This document shows positions 9,359-17,405 of a DNA stretch of 17,405 nucleotides, one piece after another; the first letter of the stretch is position 1, and each line of letters starts with the position of its first letter. Location: NCBI GenBank assembly GCA_963827755.1, contig CAWHCQ010000052.1, positions 1-17,405 on the forward strand, read 5' to 3'. Source of the stretch: an uncultured Gammaproteobacteria bacterium. GTDB taxonomy: Bacteria; Pseudomonadota; Gammaproteobacteria; UBA9214. Made by a program: the position numbers and the translations under genes. The notes beneath the pieces were generated by a model that saw only the letters and a list, made by a program, of their open reading frames with translations, was not told where the DNA came from and made no database searches.

Positions 9359-9733
9359 ATGCCGAAAGAGTTTCCAAGGACGCGCCGTGTCGGCGAGCAA
9401 ATCCAGCGTGAACTGGCGGCATTGATACATGATGAGCTGAAGGACCCGAGGCTGGGCATGGTCAGCATCTCCTCGGTACATGTATCACGCGACCTGGGCC
9501 ATGCAAAAGTTCATGTTTCGGTACTCGGTAATGCCGACCAGACCAGGGAATCCCTCGAAGTGTTGAATCATGCTGCCGGTTTCCTGCGTCACAAGCTTGG
9601 CAAGCTCATGCACATACGGGTGATACCTGCGCTGCGCTTCTATCACGACAGGTCACTGGAAGAGGGCGCACGGCTGGGCGCGCTGATTAACGAGGCGATC
9701 GCCAGTGACAAGGGAAATACTGATGATGAATAG
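9359..9733 (+). CDS. rbfA: 30S ribosome-binding factor A
   Basis: MPKEFPRTRRVGEQIQRELA, KDPRLG, VSRDLGHAKV, PALRFYHDRSLEEG. Start chosen at ATG 9359 by family N-terminus. Confidence 0.96.
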   Translation: MPKEFPRTRRVGEQIQRELAALIHDELKDPRLGMVSISSVHVSRDLGHAKVHVSVLGNADQTRESLEVLNHAAGFLRHKLGKLMHIRVIPALRFYHDRSLEEGARLGALINEAIASDKGNTDDE

Positions 9734-9762
9734 CTCTTTCTCAAACAGGCCTGTGTTCGACC

Positions 9763-10686
9763 ATGAGTAGACGCCAGCGAAACAGTCACCTGCGGCCCGT
9801 CAACGGCATACTGTTGCTCGACAAGCCTGCCGGGGTGACTTCCAATGCCGCGCTGCAGACGGTGAAGAAGTTATACCGCGCGCGCAAGGCCGGGCATACC
9901 GGCAGCCTTGATCCGCTTGCCACCGGTTTGCTGCCGATCTGCTTTGGCGAGGCGACCAAGATTTCGGGCTTCCTGCTGGATGCCGACAAGGACTACCTGG
10001 TCACCTGCAAGCTGGGTGAGCGCACCAACACCGGCGATGCAGAAGGCGAGGTGCTTGAGCAGCGCCCGGTAAAAGGTGTCACCGAGAAGCGCGTGCGCCA
10101 GGCCATGCAGGAATTCATCGGCGATATCGAGCAGATTCCACCGATGTACTCGGCCCTGAAACACAAGGGTGAGCGCCTCTACAAGCTGGCGCGCCAGGGT
10201 GTTGAAGTCGAACGCGAGCCCCGCACGGTGACGATTTTCGGGATGGAGATGCTGGATTTCGGCCTGCCCGAGGCAACCTTCCGGGTGCATTGCTCGAAGG
10301 GGACCTACGTGCGTACCCTGATAGAGGACATGGGCGAGATTCTAGGCTGTGGCGCGCATGTGATCGGTCTGCGCCGCCTGGGGGTTGGCCCCTTTGACGA
10401 TAGCGGCATGATTGAACTGGGCACCTTGCAGGCGCTGGCCGCGGAGGGGGTGGCCGAGCTGGACAAGCTGTTGCTGCCGCTGGAACGCGGCCTGGCCCAC
10501 TGGCCGGATGTGCGCCTCAGCGGGGACGCGGCTTTTTACCTGCGCCAGGGCCAGCCGGTGCTGGTGCCGAATGCGCCGACCGACGGCTGGGTGCGTATCT
10601 ACGAGGGCGAATCGCGTTTTATGGGCATGGGCGAGATCCTCGACGATGGCCGGGTGGCCCCGCGCCGGCTGATGACGGCCCGCTAG
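9763..10686 (+). CDS. truB: tRNA pseudouridine(55) synthase TruB
   Basis: GILLLDKP, KAGHTGSLDPLATGLL (catalytic Asp), QIPPMYSALK, CSKGTYVRTL, C-terminal PUA-like region. Confidence 0.98.
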   Translation: MSRRQRNSHLRPVNGILLLDKPAGVTSNAALQTVKKLYRARKAGHTGSLDPLATGLLPICFGEATKISGFLLDADKDYLVTCKLGERTNTGDAEGEVLEQRPVKGVTEKRVRQAMQEFIGDIEQIPPMYSALKHKGERLYKLARQGVEVEREPRTVTIFGMEMLDFGLPEATFRVHCSKGTYVRTLIEDMGEILGCGAHVIGLRRLGVGPFDDSGMIELGTLQALAAEGVAELDKLLLPLERGLAHWPDVRLSGDAAFYLRQGQPVLVPNAPTDGWVRIYEGESRFMGMGEILDDGRVAPRRLMTAR

Positions 10687-10711
10687 TTGCGGCTATCCCC
10701 TGCAGGAGAGC

Positions 10712-10740
10712 TTGTGGCGAGCCTGAAGCACGGTTAAAAT
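10712..10740 (+). promoter_or_regulatory. Probable rpsO-pnp sigma70 promoter
   Basis: TTGTGG (10712-17), 17-bp spacer, TAAAAT (10735-40). SD CAGGAG lies before the rpsO ATG. Confidence 0.55.
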
Positions 10741-10782
10741 ACCGGGCTCAACAGATTTTACAAGTAAATTCAGGAGTTTTTC

Positions 10783-11052
10783 ATGGCTTTGAATGCCGAA
10801 CAAAAAAGCGAGATTGTAAAGACCCATCAGCGCGCAGCGGATGATACCGGGTCGCCGGAAGTGCAGGTTGCCCTGCTGACCGGGAACATTGCAGCGCTGA
10901 CCGAACACTTTGCAGCACACAAGGCTGATCACCATTCCCGAAGAGGACTCCTGCGCATGGTCAACGCGCGCCGCAAGCTGCTCGATTACCTGAAGGGTAA
11001 AGACAGCACGCGCTACCAGGACCTGATCACCAAGCTTGGCCTGCGCCGTTAA
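10783..11052 (+). CDS. rpsO: 30S ribosomal protein S15
   Basis: 89 aa. [33 protein letters not shown]. Confidence 0.99.
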   Translation: MALNAEQKSEIVKTHQRAADDTGSPEVQVALLTGNIAALTEHFAAHKADHHSRRGLLRMVNARRKLLDYLKGKDSTRYQDLITKLGLRR

Positions 11053-11108
11053 TTAATCACTTCTTGCCGGCTTAACCCGCCACCTTTTTCAGACGAGGAA
11101 ATACACCC

Positions 11109-13193
11109 GTGAGTGCAATCAAGAAATCCTTTCAGTACGGTGACCAGACGGTCACGATCGAGACCGGGGAAATTGCCCGCCAGTGTAGTGCAGTCATCGT
11201 CAGCATCGGTGATACCAAGGTGCTTGCCACCGTGGTGGGTGACAAGCATCCGATGGTAGGGCGTGACTTTTTCCCGATGACAGTTGATTACCAGGAAAAG
11301 GGTTATGCAGCCGGTCAGATACCCGGTAACTTTTTCCGCCGTGAAGGACGCCCGAGCGAACCCGAGACACTCATGTGCCGCCTGATCGACCGGCCGCTTC
11401 GTCCGCTGTTTCCGAAAGGCTTCACGCACGAAGTGCAGGTCATCCTCACGGTGATCTCCTACGACCCGCAGATCCAGCCCGATATCGCCGCATTGATCGG
11501 CGCCTCCGCCGCCATGTCCATTTCCGGACTGCCGTTTGCAGGACCGGTAGGCGCGGCCCGCGTCGGCTATATCGACGGCAACTACGTGCTCAACCCGACG
11601 ACCGAGCAGCTGGAAGTGTCGAAACTCGACCTGGTCGTTGCCGGTACCGAGAGTGCCGTGCTGATGGTGGAGTCCGAGGCGAAGGAGTTATCCGAAGAAG
11701 TCATGCTGGGTTCCGTACTGTTCGGACACGAGCAGCAGCAGGTCGTTATCAAGGCCATCAGGGAACTGGCTGCCGAGGTGAACACACCGCCAATGGCGTG
11801 GACAGCACCGCAGGAGAACACATCACTGGCCGACGCCGTCGAGAAGGAAGGCGCCGAGGCCATTGCAGCCGCGTACAAGGTGGCCGACAAGCAGGACCGC
11901 TATACCCTGTTGAGCAAGGTGCGCGAAGAGATCGTCGACAAGGTGGCCGATGATTCAGACGGCGGCTTCTCGCGTGATGAAGTCAAGGGCGCGACTGGCA
12001 AGCTCGAGAAGAAAACCGTGCGCAGCCGCATCCTCTCCGGTGAGGCCCGCATCGACGGACGCGATACCAGCACCGTGCGTCCCATCACCATTCGCATGGG
12101 CGTGTTGCCGCGTGCACATGGTTCCGCACTGTTTACCCGCGGCGAGACCCAGGCACTGGTAGTGACCACGCTGGGTACCGAGCGTGATGCGCAGTTGATC
12201 GACGCGCTCTCAGGCACGACCAAGGAACAGTTCATGCTGCACTACAATTTCCCTCCGTACTGTGTCGGTGAAACCGGCCGCGTCGGTGGCACCAAGCGCC
12301 GCGAAGTCGGCCACGGCAAGCTCGCCAAGCGCGGCGTTGCCGCCGTGATGCCGCCGAAGGACAGCTTTCCCTACACCATTCGCATTGTCTCGGAAATCAC
12401 CGAGTCCAACGGCTCCAGCTCCATGGCCAGCGTCTGCGGCAGCAGCCTGTCGATGATGGATGCCGGTGTGCCGGTCACCGGCGCCGTTGCCGGTGTGGCC
12501 ATGGGCCTCATCAAGGAAGGCGACAGCTATGCCGTGCTCACCGATATCCTCGGTGACGAGGACCACCTCGGCGACATGGATTTCAAGGTGGCCGGTACCG
12601 GAAACGGCGTGACCGCACTGCAGATGGATATCAAGATCCAGGGTATCACCGGCGAGATCATGGAAAAGGCCCTTGCCCAGGCGAACCAGGGCCGCATGCA
12701 TATCCTCAGTGAAATGTCCCGCGCCATCAACGCGCCGCGTGAAGACGTGTCCGATTACGCGCCGCGTTACATCACCATAAAGATCAATCCCGACAAGATC
12801 CGCGATGTCATCGGCAAGGGCGGTGCAACCATCCGTGCCATCCAGGATGAGACCGGTGCCAATATCGATATCGATGATACCGGCACTATCAAGATTTCAT
12901 CCGTCGACCTCGACGCCGGTAACGAGGCGCGCCGCCGCATCGAACAGATCACCGCCGATGTCGAAGTCGGTACCATCTACGACGGCAAGGTCGCCAAGCT
13001 GATGGATTTCGGCGCCTTCGTCACCATCCTGCCGGGCAAGGACGGCCTGGTGCACATCTCGCAGATCTGCGAAGAGCGTGTACAGAATGTCAGCGACAAG
13101 CTGTCCGAGGGCGACCTGGTCAAGGTCAAGGTGCTCGAGGTCGACAAGCAGGGCCGCATCCGCCTGAGCATGAAGGCTGTCAACGAGGGCTAG
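11109..13193 (+). CDS. pnp: Polyribonucleotide nucleotidyltransferase (PNPase)
   Basis: GTG start after [61 protein letters not shown] (VIGKGG) and S1 domains. Confidence 0.98.
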   Translation: MSAIKKSFQYGDQTVTIETGEIARQCSAVIVSIGDTKVLATVVGDKHPMVGRDFFPMTVDYQEKGYAAGQIPGNFFRREGRPSEPETLMCRLIDRPLRPLFPKGFTHEVQVILTVISYDPQIQPDIAALIGASAAMSISGLPFAGPVGAARVGYIDGNYVLNPTTEQLEVSKLDLVVAGTESAVLMVESEAKELSEEVMLGSVLFGHEQQQVVIKAIRELAAEVNTPPMAWTAPQENTSLADAVEKEGAEAIAAAYKVADKQDRYTLLSKVREEIVDKVADDSDGGFSRDEVKGATGKLEKKTVRSRILSGEARIDGRDTSTVRPITIRMGVLPRAHGSALFTRGETQALVVTTLGTERDAQLIDALSGTTKEQFMLHYNFPPYCVGETGRVGGTKRREVGHGKLAKRGVAAVMPPKDSFPYTIRIVSEITESNGSSSMASVCGSSLSMMDAGVPVTGAVAGVAMGLIKEGDSYAVLTDILGDEDHLGDMDFKVAGTGNGVTALQMDIKIQGITGEIMEKALAQANQGRMHILSEMSRAINAPREDVSDYAPRYITIKINPDKIRDVIGKGGATIRAIQDETGANIDIDDTGTIKISSVDLDAGNEARRRIEQITADVEVGTIYDGKVAKLMDFGAFVTILPGKDGLVHISQICEERVQNVSDKLSEGDLVKVKVLEVDKQGRIRLSMKAVNEG

Positions 13194-13216
13194 CAGGTAC
13201 AAAGCACAGGCAGTAC

Positions 13217-13245
13217 AAAAAAAGGGCCGGCAGGCCCTTTTTTTT
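13217..13245 (+). terminator. Rho-independent terminator after pnp (bidirectional form)
   Basis: A7-GGGCC-GGCA-GGCCC-T8. Confidence 0.9.
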
Positions 13246-13356
13246 GTGGCGGGTGATAAATGCGCACCGGCAGGACGCCGATAAAGACGGAACCCTGTTA
13301 AGCAAGTGCTATTCGACACCGGACCCCTTTCTTGTGATACATAGCTGGAGAGACTT

Positions 13357-13818
13357 GTGACCAATAACGACATCTTGCGCCGCATTCGCTATATTTTCGA
13401 TTTCGACGACTCGAAGATGATTGCTGTCTTCGGGCTGGCGGATTACAAGGTGACGCGGGAGCAGGTCAGCGCCTGGCTGAAAAAAGACGCTGACCCGGCG
13501 CTTCAAAAATTAAGCGACGTTCAGCTGGCGAGTTTCCTCAATGGCCTGATCATCGACCGCCGGGGTCAGAAGGAAGGGGCACAGCCGGAGCCCGAGCAGC
13601 AACTGACCAACAATATTGTCTTCAGGAAGCTGAAGATAGGACTGGACCTGAAAGCCGAGGACGTACTGGAGATACTGGCGTTGAGCGACATGCGTATCAG
13701 CAAACACGAGTTGAGCGCGCTGTTTCGCAAGCCGGGTCACAAGCACTTCCGTAAGTGCAATGACCAGATCCTGCGTAATTTCCTGAACGGGCTGCTCCTG
13801 AAATATCACGGCAAATAA
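13357..13818 (+). CDS. yehS: DUF1456 (YehS-family) protein
   Basis: Duplicated-domain pattern MTNNDILRRIRY...FLNGLI / LTNNIVFRKLKIGL...SKHELSALFRKPGHKHFRKCNDQILRNFLNGL. GGAG before the GTG start. Confidence 0.88.
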   Translation: MTNNDILRRIRYIFDFDDSKMIAVFGLADYKVTREQVSAWLKKDADPALQKLSDVQLASFLNGLIIDRRGQKEGAQPEPEQQLTNNIVFRKLKIGLDLKAEDVLEILALSDMRISKHELSALFRKPGHKHFRKCNDQILRNFLNGLLLKYHGK

Positions 13819-13906
13819 ACAGGTGGCCGGCTCGAGTGCGCGTCCCCGGATTGCGCCTCTCCAGGCTGGCCCGGATCACGACATCTGTCCTTCGGGAATA
13901 TTCGAG

Positions 13907-14359
13907 ATGAAAAAATTTTACAAACCGGCAGTGATCGCGCTCCTGCTTTTCACAGCCTGCGGAAGCGCCACCGGAAAAAACGACAAGCAGGTTATCGGCC
14001 CCGTTGTCGGGGTGTATATCAATGAAGGTGGTCTCTATTTCTCGGCCCGTGTCGATACCGGGGCAGAAACTTCGTCCATCAACGCCCGGAATATAAAATT
14101 CTCCAATGGACAGGTGGAGTACTCCATCGTCAACGAGAGCGGCAAGGCGGCCAGGCTGACGTCGAGGGTAGTCAGGGAGTCGACGGTGAAGAGTGCGGAA
14201 TCCAGGGAGAAACGATACTACGTCTACCTGACGATCTCGTATATGGGGCTTGTAAAGAAGACCCTGGTGAACCTGAATACCCGGGACGAGTCCAGATACA
14301 AGTTGTTACTTGGCCGGAACTGGCTGTCGGGCAGTTACGTCGTAGACGTCGACAGGTAA
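13907..14359 (+). CDS. Retropepsin-like protease ('putative ATP-dependent zinc protease'/RimB-like family), probable lipoprotein
   Basis: ARVDTGAETSSI and LLLGRNWL motifs. The start MKKFYKPAVIALLLFTA-C gives a lipobox-like signal. Confidence 0.8.
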   Translation: MKKFYKPAVIALLLFTACGSATGKNDKQVIGPVVGVYINEGGLYFSARVDTGAETSSINARNIKFSNGQVEYSIVNESGKAARLTSRVVRESTVKSAESREKRYYVYLTISYMGLVKKTLVNLNTRDESRYKLLLGRNWLSGSYVVDVDR

Positions 14360-14446
14360 ATTAAATGGCGGCAGGATGTTTTTCTGCTTATAGTAAAAAG
14401 AAGCGCCCCTGTACCTTCCCGGTACCCAACACTGGAGTGAGCCCTG

Positions 14447-14734
14447 ATGAACAGTAAAGACGCCTACATTGAAAAAGCCGCGGCCAGAATCGAAGAATAT
14501 TCAGCCAAACTCGAACTCCTCAAGGCGAAGGCCGGGGTAGAGGTCGTCAACCGGAAAATCGACGCACAGGAACACATCGTCAAGCTCGAGGCGTCTCTCG
14601 AAAACGCAAAATCACGGCTCACGGAGCTCTCCGATGCGGCCGAAGACGGCTGGGAGGACCTGTCGGAGCGGTTTGAGGTACTGGCGGACGACCTCGGGGC
14701 GTCTTTCAGGAAGTTCTTCGCGAAGCACGAATAG
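14447..14734 (+). CDS. Small coiled-coil protein (resembles Sll1863-like stress proteins)
   Basis: 95 aa, helical and charged: KDAYIEK...KLELLKAKA...EDGWEDL. GGAG SD. Family assignment is from recall only. Confidence 0.7.
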   Translation: MNSKDAYIEKAAARIEEYSAKLELLKAKAGVEVVNRKIDAQEHIVKLEASLENAKSRLTELSDAAEDGWEDLSERFEVLADDLGASFRKFFAKHE

Positions 14735-14817
14735 CAGGCACCCGCACGAGGCGGATACACGGCATGGCAGGACCGCTCGTGAAGCCTGCGCCACCTTTAC
14801 TCCATCGGAACTGAACC

Positions 14818-15780
14818 GTGTTGAATCTGGTTTACCTGGCACTGGGCCTGGTCCTGCTTACCCTGGGGGGCGAGGCGTTGATCCGCGGCGCTCTCGGCGC
14901 CGCCCGGCGCTTCGGGGTTTCTCCGTTACTGAGCGGGCTGGTGATCGTCGGCTTCGGCACCTCGGCCCCCGAACTCGTGGTCTCTGTCGAAGCGGCGCTT
15001 GCCGGCCAGCCGGACATCGCCATCGGCAACGTCGTCGGCAGCAACATCGCGAACATCCTGCTGATCCTGGGAGTCTGCGCATTGATCACACCGCTGGCCG
15101 TGCGGCGGTTGGCACTGCGCCGCGACGCCGTCACCGTGGTGGCCGCCAGCGTGCTGTTTATTATCCTCGCCAGTGGCGGCGCGCTGTCGAAGTTCGACGC
15201 CCTGATCCTGCTTTTGTGCCTGGGCACGTACCTGGTATGGGCCTGGTGGAGCGAAAGCTACCAGGGTGAACCGGCCGCCGACGTGCATCGCGCCGAGGCC
15301 GGGGAACTGACCCTGGTGCCGAAGCCGCTGGTCGTCACAGTGCTGGTGCTGGTAACCGGCCTGCTGCTGTTGATTGGCGGTTCGCACGTGCTGATAAAAG
15401 GGGCGGTGGGGCTTGCCGAAAGCCTTGGCGTCTCGGAGGCGCTGATCGGTTTGACGGTGGTCGCGGTCGGTACCTCGCTGCCTGAATTCGCGATCTCGGT
15501 GATTGCCGCGCTGCGCCGGCATGCGGACGTGGCGGTCGGCAATATTCTCGGCAGCAATATCTTCAACCTGTTCGGAATCCTGGGTGTGTCCGCGCTGCTC
15601 CAGCCGCTGCCGATTCACGCACGCATCCTGCAATACGATCAATGGTGCATGCTGGGCGCGGCCCTGCTGCTGTTGCTGTTCCTCTACTCGGGGCGACGCC
15701 TCAGCCGGCTTGAAGGCTTCATACTGCTGGCGGGTTACGGGTGTTACCTCGGCCTGGGTGTGGCTGCATTCGGGACCTGA
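14818..15780 (+). CDS. Calcium/sodium antiporter (CaCA, YrbG-like)
   Basis: Two alpha-repeats, GFGTSAPEL...AIGNVVGSNIAN and AVGTSLPEF...AVGNILGSNIFN, and about 10 hydrophobic segments. Confidence 0.92.
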   Translation: MLNLVYLALGLVLLTLGGEALIRGALGAARRFGVSPLLSGLVIVGFGTSAPELVVSVEAALAGQPDIAIGNVVGSNIANILLILGVCALITPLAVRRLALRRDAVTVVAASVLFIILASGGALSKFDALILLLCLGTYLVWAWWSESYQGEPAADVHRAEAGELTLVPKPLVVTVLVLVTGLLLLIGGSHVLIKGAVGLAESLGVSEALIGLTVVAVGTSLPEFAISVIAALRRHADVAVGNILGSNIFNLFGILGVSALLQPLPIHARILQYDQWCMLGAALLLLLFLYSGRRLSRLEGFILLAGYGCYLGLGVAAFGT

Positions 15781-15904
15781 CCCCGGGCGCGAGTCATGCC
15801 GCCGGACAGGTTCCGCGGCACAGGGTGATTGTGGGAAATGCTGCAAAAAGGCGGCCACCACCGTGATGTTCTGCCACTTCGTGACAGAAAAACGACGCTA
15901 TAAC

Positions 15905-15913
15905 TGCTACAAT
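15905..15913 (+). promoter_or_regulatory. Possible extended -10 promoter for the TPR gene
   Basis: TG-C-TACAAT in an AT-richer intergenic region, 40 bp before ATG 15953. Confidence 0.35.
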
Positions 15914-15952
15914 CAACAAGTATGACGCTCTGACAGTGTTGGGGGCAGTGGC

Positions 15953-16844
15953 ATGAATCAGTCTTTATTTCCGGTAAACGCACGGCGCTTCTTCTTCGGG
16001 CTGGTCGCAGTGCCGGTCCTGGTGTGCACCCTCTGCGCCTTTCCCGTGCTCGCCCACGTCGGCATCTCCGAGGAGATCGAGGCGGTCACGGCGCAGCTCG
16101 AGGATGAACCCGAGGCTCCTGAACTCTACCTGCTGCGCGGCGATCTGCATCGCATCAACGGGCACTGGCCCGAGGCGATCGCCGATTTCAACAAGGTGCT
16201 GCAGCTCGACCGGGACAACGCATTGGCCGAGCTGGGCCTGGGCAGGACCTGGCTGGACCGCGGCCAGTTCCGCAAGGCGCTCAGGCACCTGGACCGCGCG
16301 CTTGCCCGCGAGCCCGGCAACGTGCGTGCGCTGGTGTCCCGGGCGCGGGTCTATCGCCGGTCCGGCAGACCGCTGGAGGCCGCTGCCGATTACCAGCGTG
16401 CGATCGCTACGTTTACAGCACCCGCAAATCCAATCCCGGAATATTACTTCGAACGTGCGCGCGCCCTCGAGGCCGCCGGCGCCGATTACATCGGCGCAGC
16501 AATCGCAACGCTGGATGCCGGCATCACCCGACTGGGCAAGCTGCGTATTTTCGAAGACTATGCCATCGAGCTTGAACGCAGGCGCGGCAATTACGGCGTC
16601 GCGCGCCAGCGCCTGGACCGCATTATCGAGCGCTCGGCACGCAAGGAAGCCCTGCTGCTCAGGCGTGGTGAAATCCTGCTGGAGGCCGGCGAGCCTGCTG
16701 CGGCCGCGGCTGACTTTGCCGCAGCACGCGCCGCTATCGATGCGCTTGCCGGAACAGCGCCGCCACAGCCGGGCGATGAAACAGATGCGTAGCGACATCG
16801 ATCAGCGCATGCATGCGCTGAAACAACCGGGCGGCGGGGAATAA
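15953..16844 (+). CDS. Exported tetratricopeptide-repeat protein (apparent +1 frameshift near 16746; ends at 16792 as read)
   Basis: Signal peptide ending PVLA-H. TPR patterns LYLLRGDL...AIADFNKVL, LGLGRTW...ALRHLDRAL, YYFERARAL. Removing one base gives ...AIDALPEQRRHSRAMKQMRSDIDQRMHALK...* at 16844. Confidence 0.8.
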
Positions 16845-16879
16845 GGACATGCGCTATCCGTTACTCCCGGGCCAGCCGC

Positions 16880-17405
16880 ATGAAGCACGTTTTTCTGCTG
16901 ACGCTGGCCGGCCTGTTGCTGTGGCCCCTGTCCCCGGCGCGTGGCCGTCGAGGTGCTGGTGGAGTTCGGCAGCGCCAACAAGTACCTGGTCAATACCAGC
17001 GACCCCGGCATAGGGGAGGACTGGACGGCCGAGAGCTATCCCGCGGAATCTTCCTGGGCCGACGACGGGACCTACGGCATCGGCTACGACACGAGCACGG
17101 GTTCGAACGCGCTCAACCTGCTGGATACCGTCGTACCGAGCGGCCTGAGCGGCAGCCGTCCGCGCACGATCTACACCCGCACCACGTTCAATATCACGGA
17201 TATCAATACCGTCAACAACGTCGTCCTCGGCGCGGACTATGATGACGGCTACGCGGCCTGGATTAACGGGGTCGAGGTGTTTCGTTCTGCCCGAATTGCC
17301 GTCCTCGGGTGCGCTCGACTGGAATACAACGCCCGGCTCGCACGAGTCGAGCAATGCCACGCTGCCCGATTACAATCCCTTGAGAAACATTAGCACTGCT
17401 GCTTT
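16880..17405 (+). CDS. N-terminus of a secreted protein with a galactose-binding-like domain (YDDG-x4-NG-x-EV-x-R), interrupted by apparent +1 frameshifts; runs off the window
   Basis: The signal peptide MKHVFLLTLAGLLLWPLSPA joins the 16941 frame (IGYD...TIYTRTTF...ADYDDGYAAWINGVEVFRS) after a one-base shift. A second shift at ~17291 continues open to the window end (ELPSSGALDWNTTPGSHESSN...). Confidence 0.65.

Overview
GC-rich gammaproteobacterial-type chromosomal window with all supported genes on the + strand. It runs from the end of the complex I operon (nuoL partial, nuoM, nuoN) through a ~930-bp non-coding interval, then the conserved tRNA-fMet-rimP-nusA-infB-rbfA-truB-rpsO-pnp cluster with a strong terminator. 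An accessory block follows: YehS/DUF1456, a retropepsin-like lipoprotein, a small coiled-coil protein, a Ca/Na antiporter, an exported TPR protein, and the start of a secreted protein with a YDDG-x4-NG domain. The most interesting part is 3526-4225. Two diverged ~300-bp copies of one element sit back-to-back as a ~610-bp imperfect palindrome, followed by a third partial copy. Aligning the copies by eye shows several helices whose sequence differs completely but which still pair, a co-varying pyrimidine mirror repeat (intrastrand triplex candidate), and repeated GNA-triloop/tandem-GA motifs. These point to a conserved fold, possibly as single-stranded DNA. Several apparent +1 frameshifts (about 1980, 16746, 16941, 17291) look like sequencing insertions.
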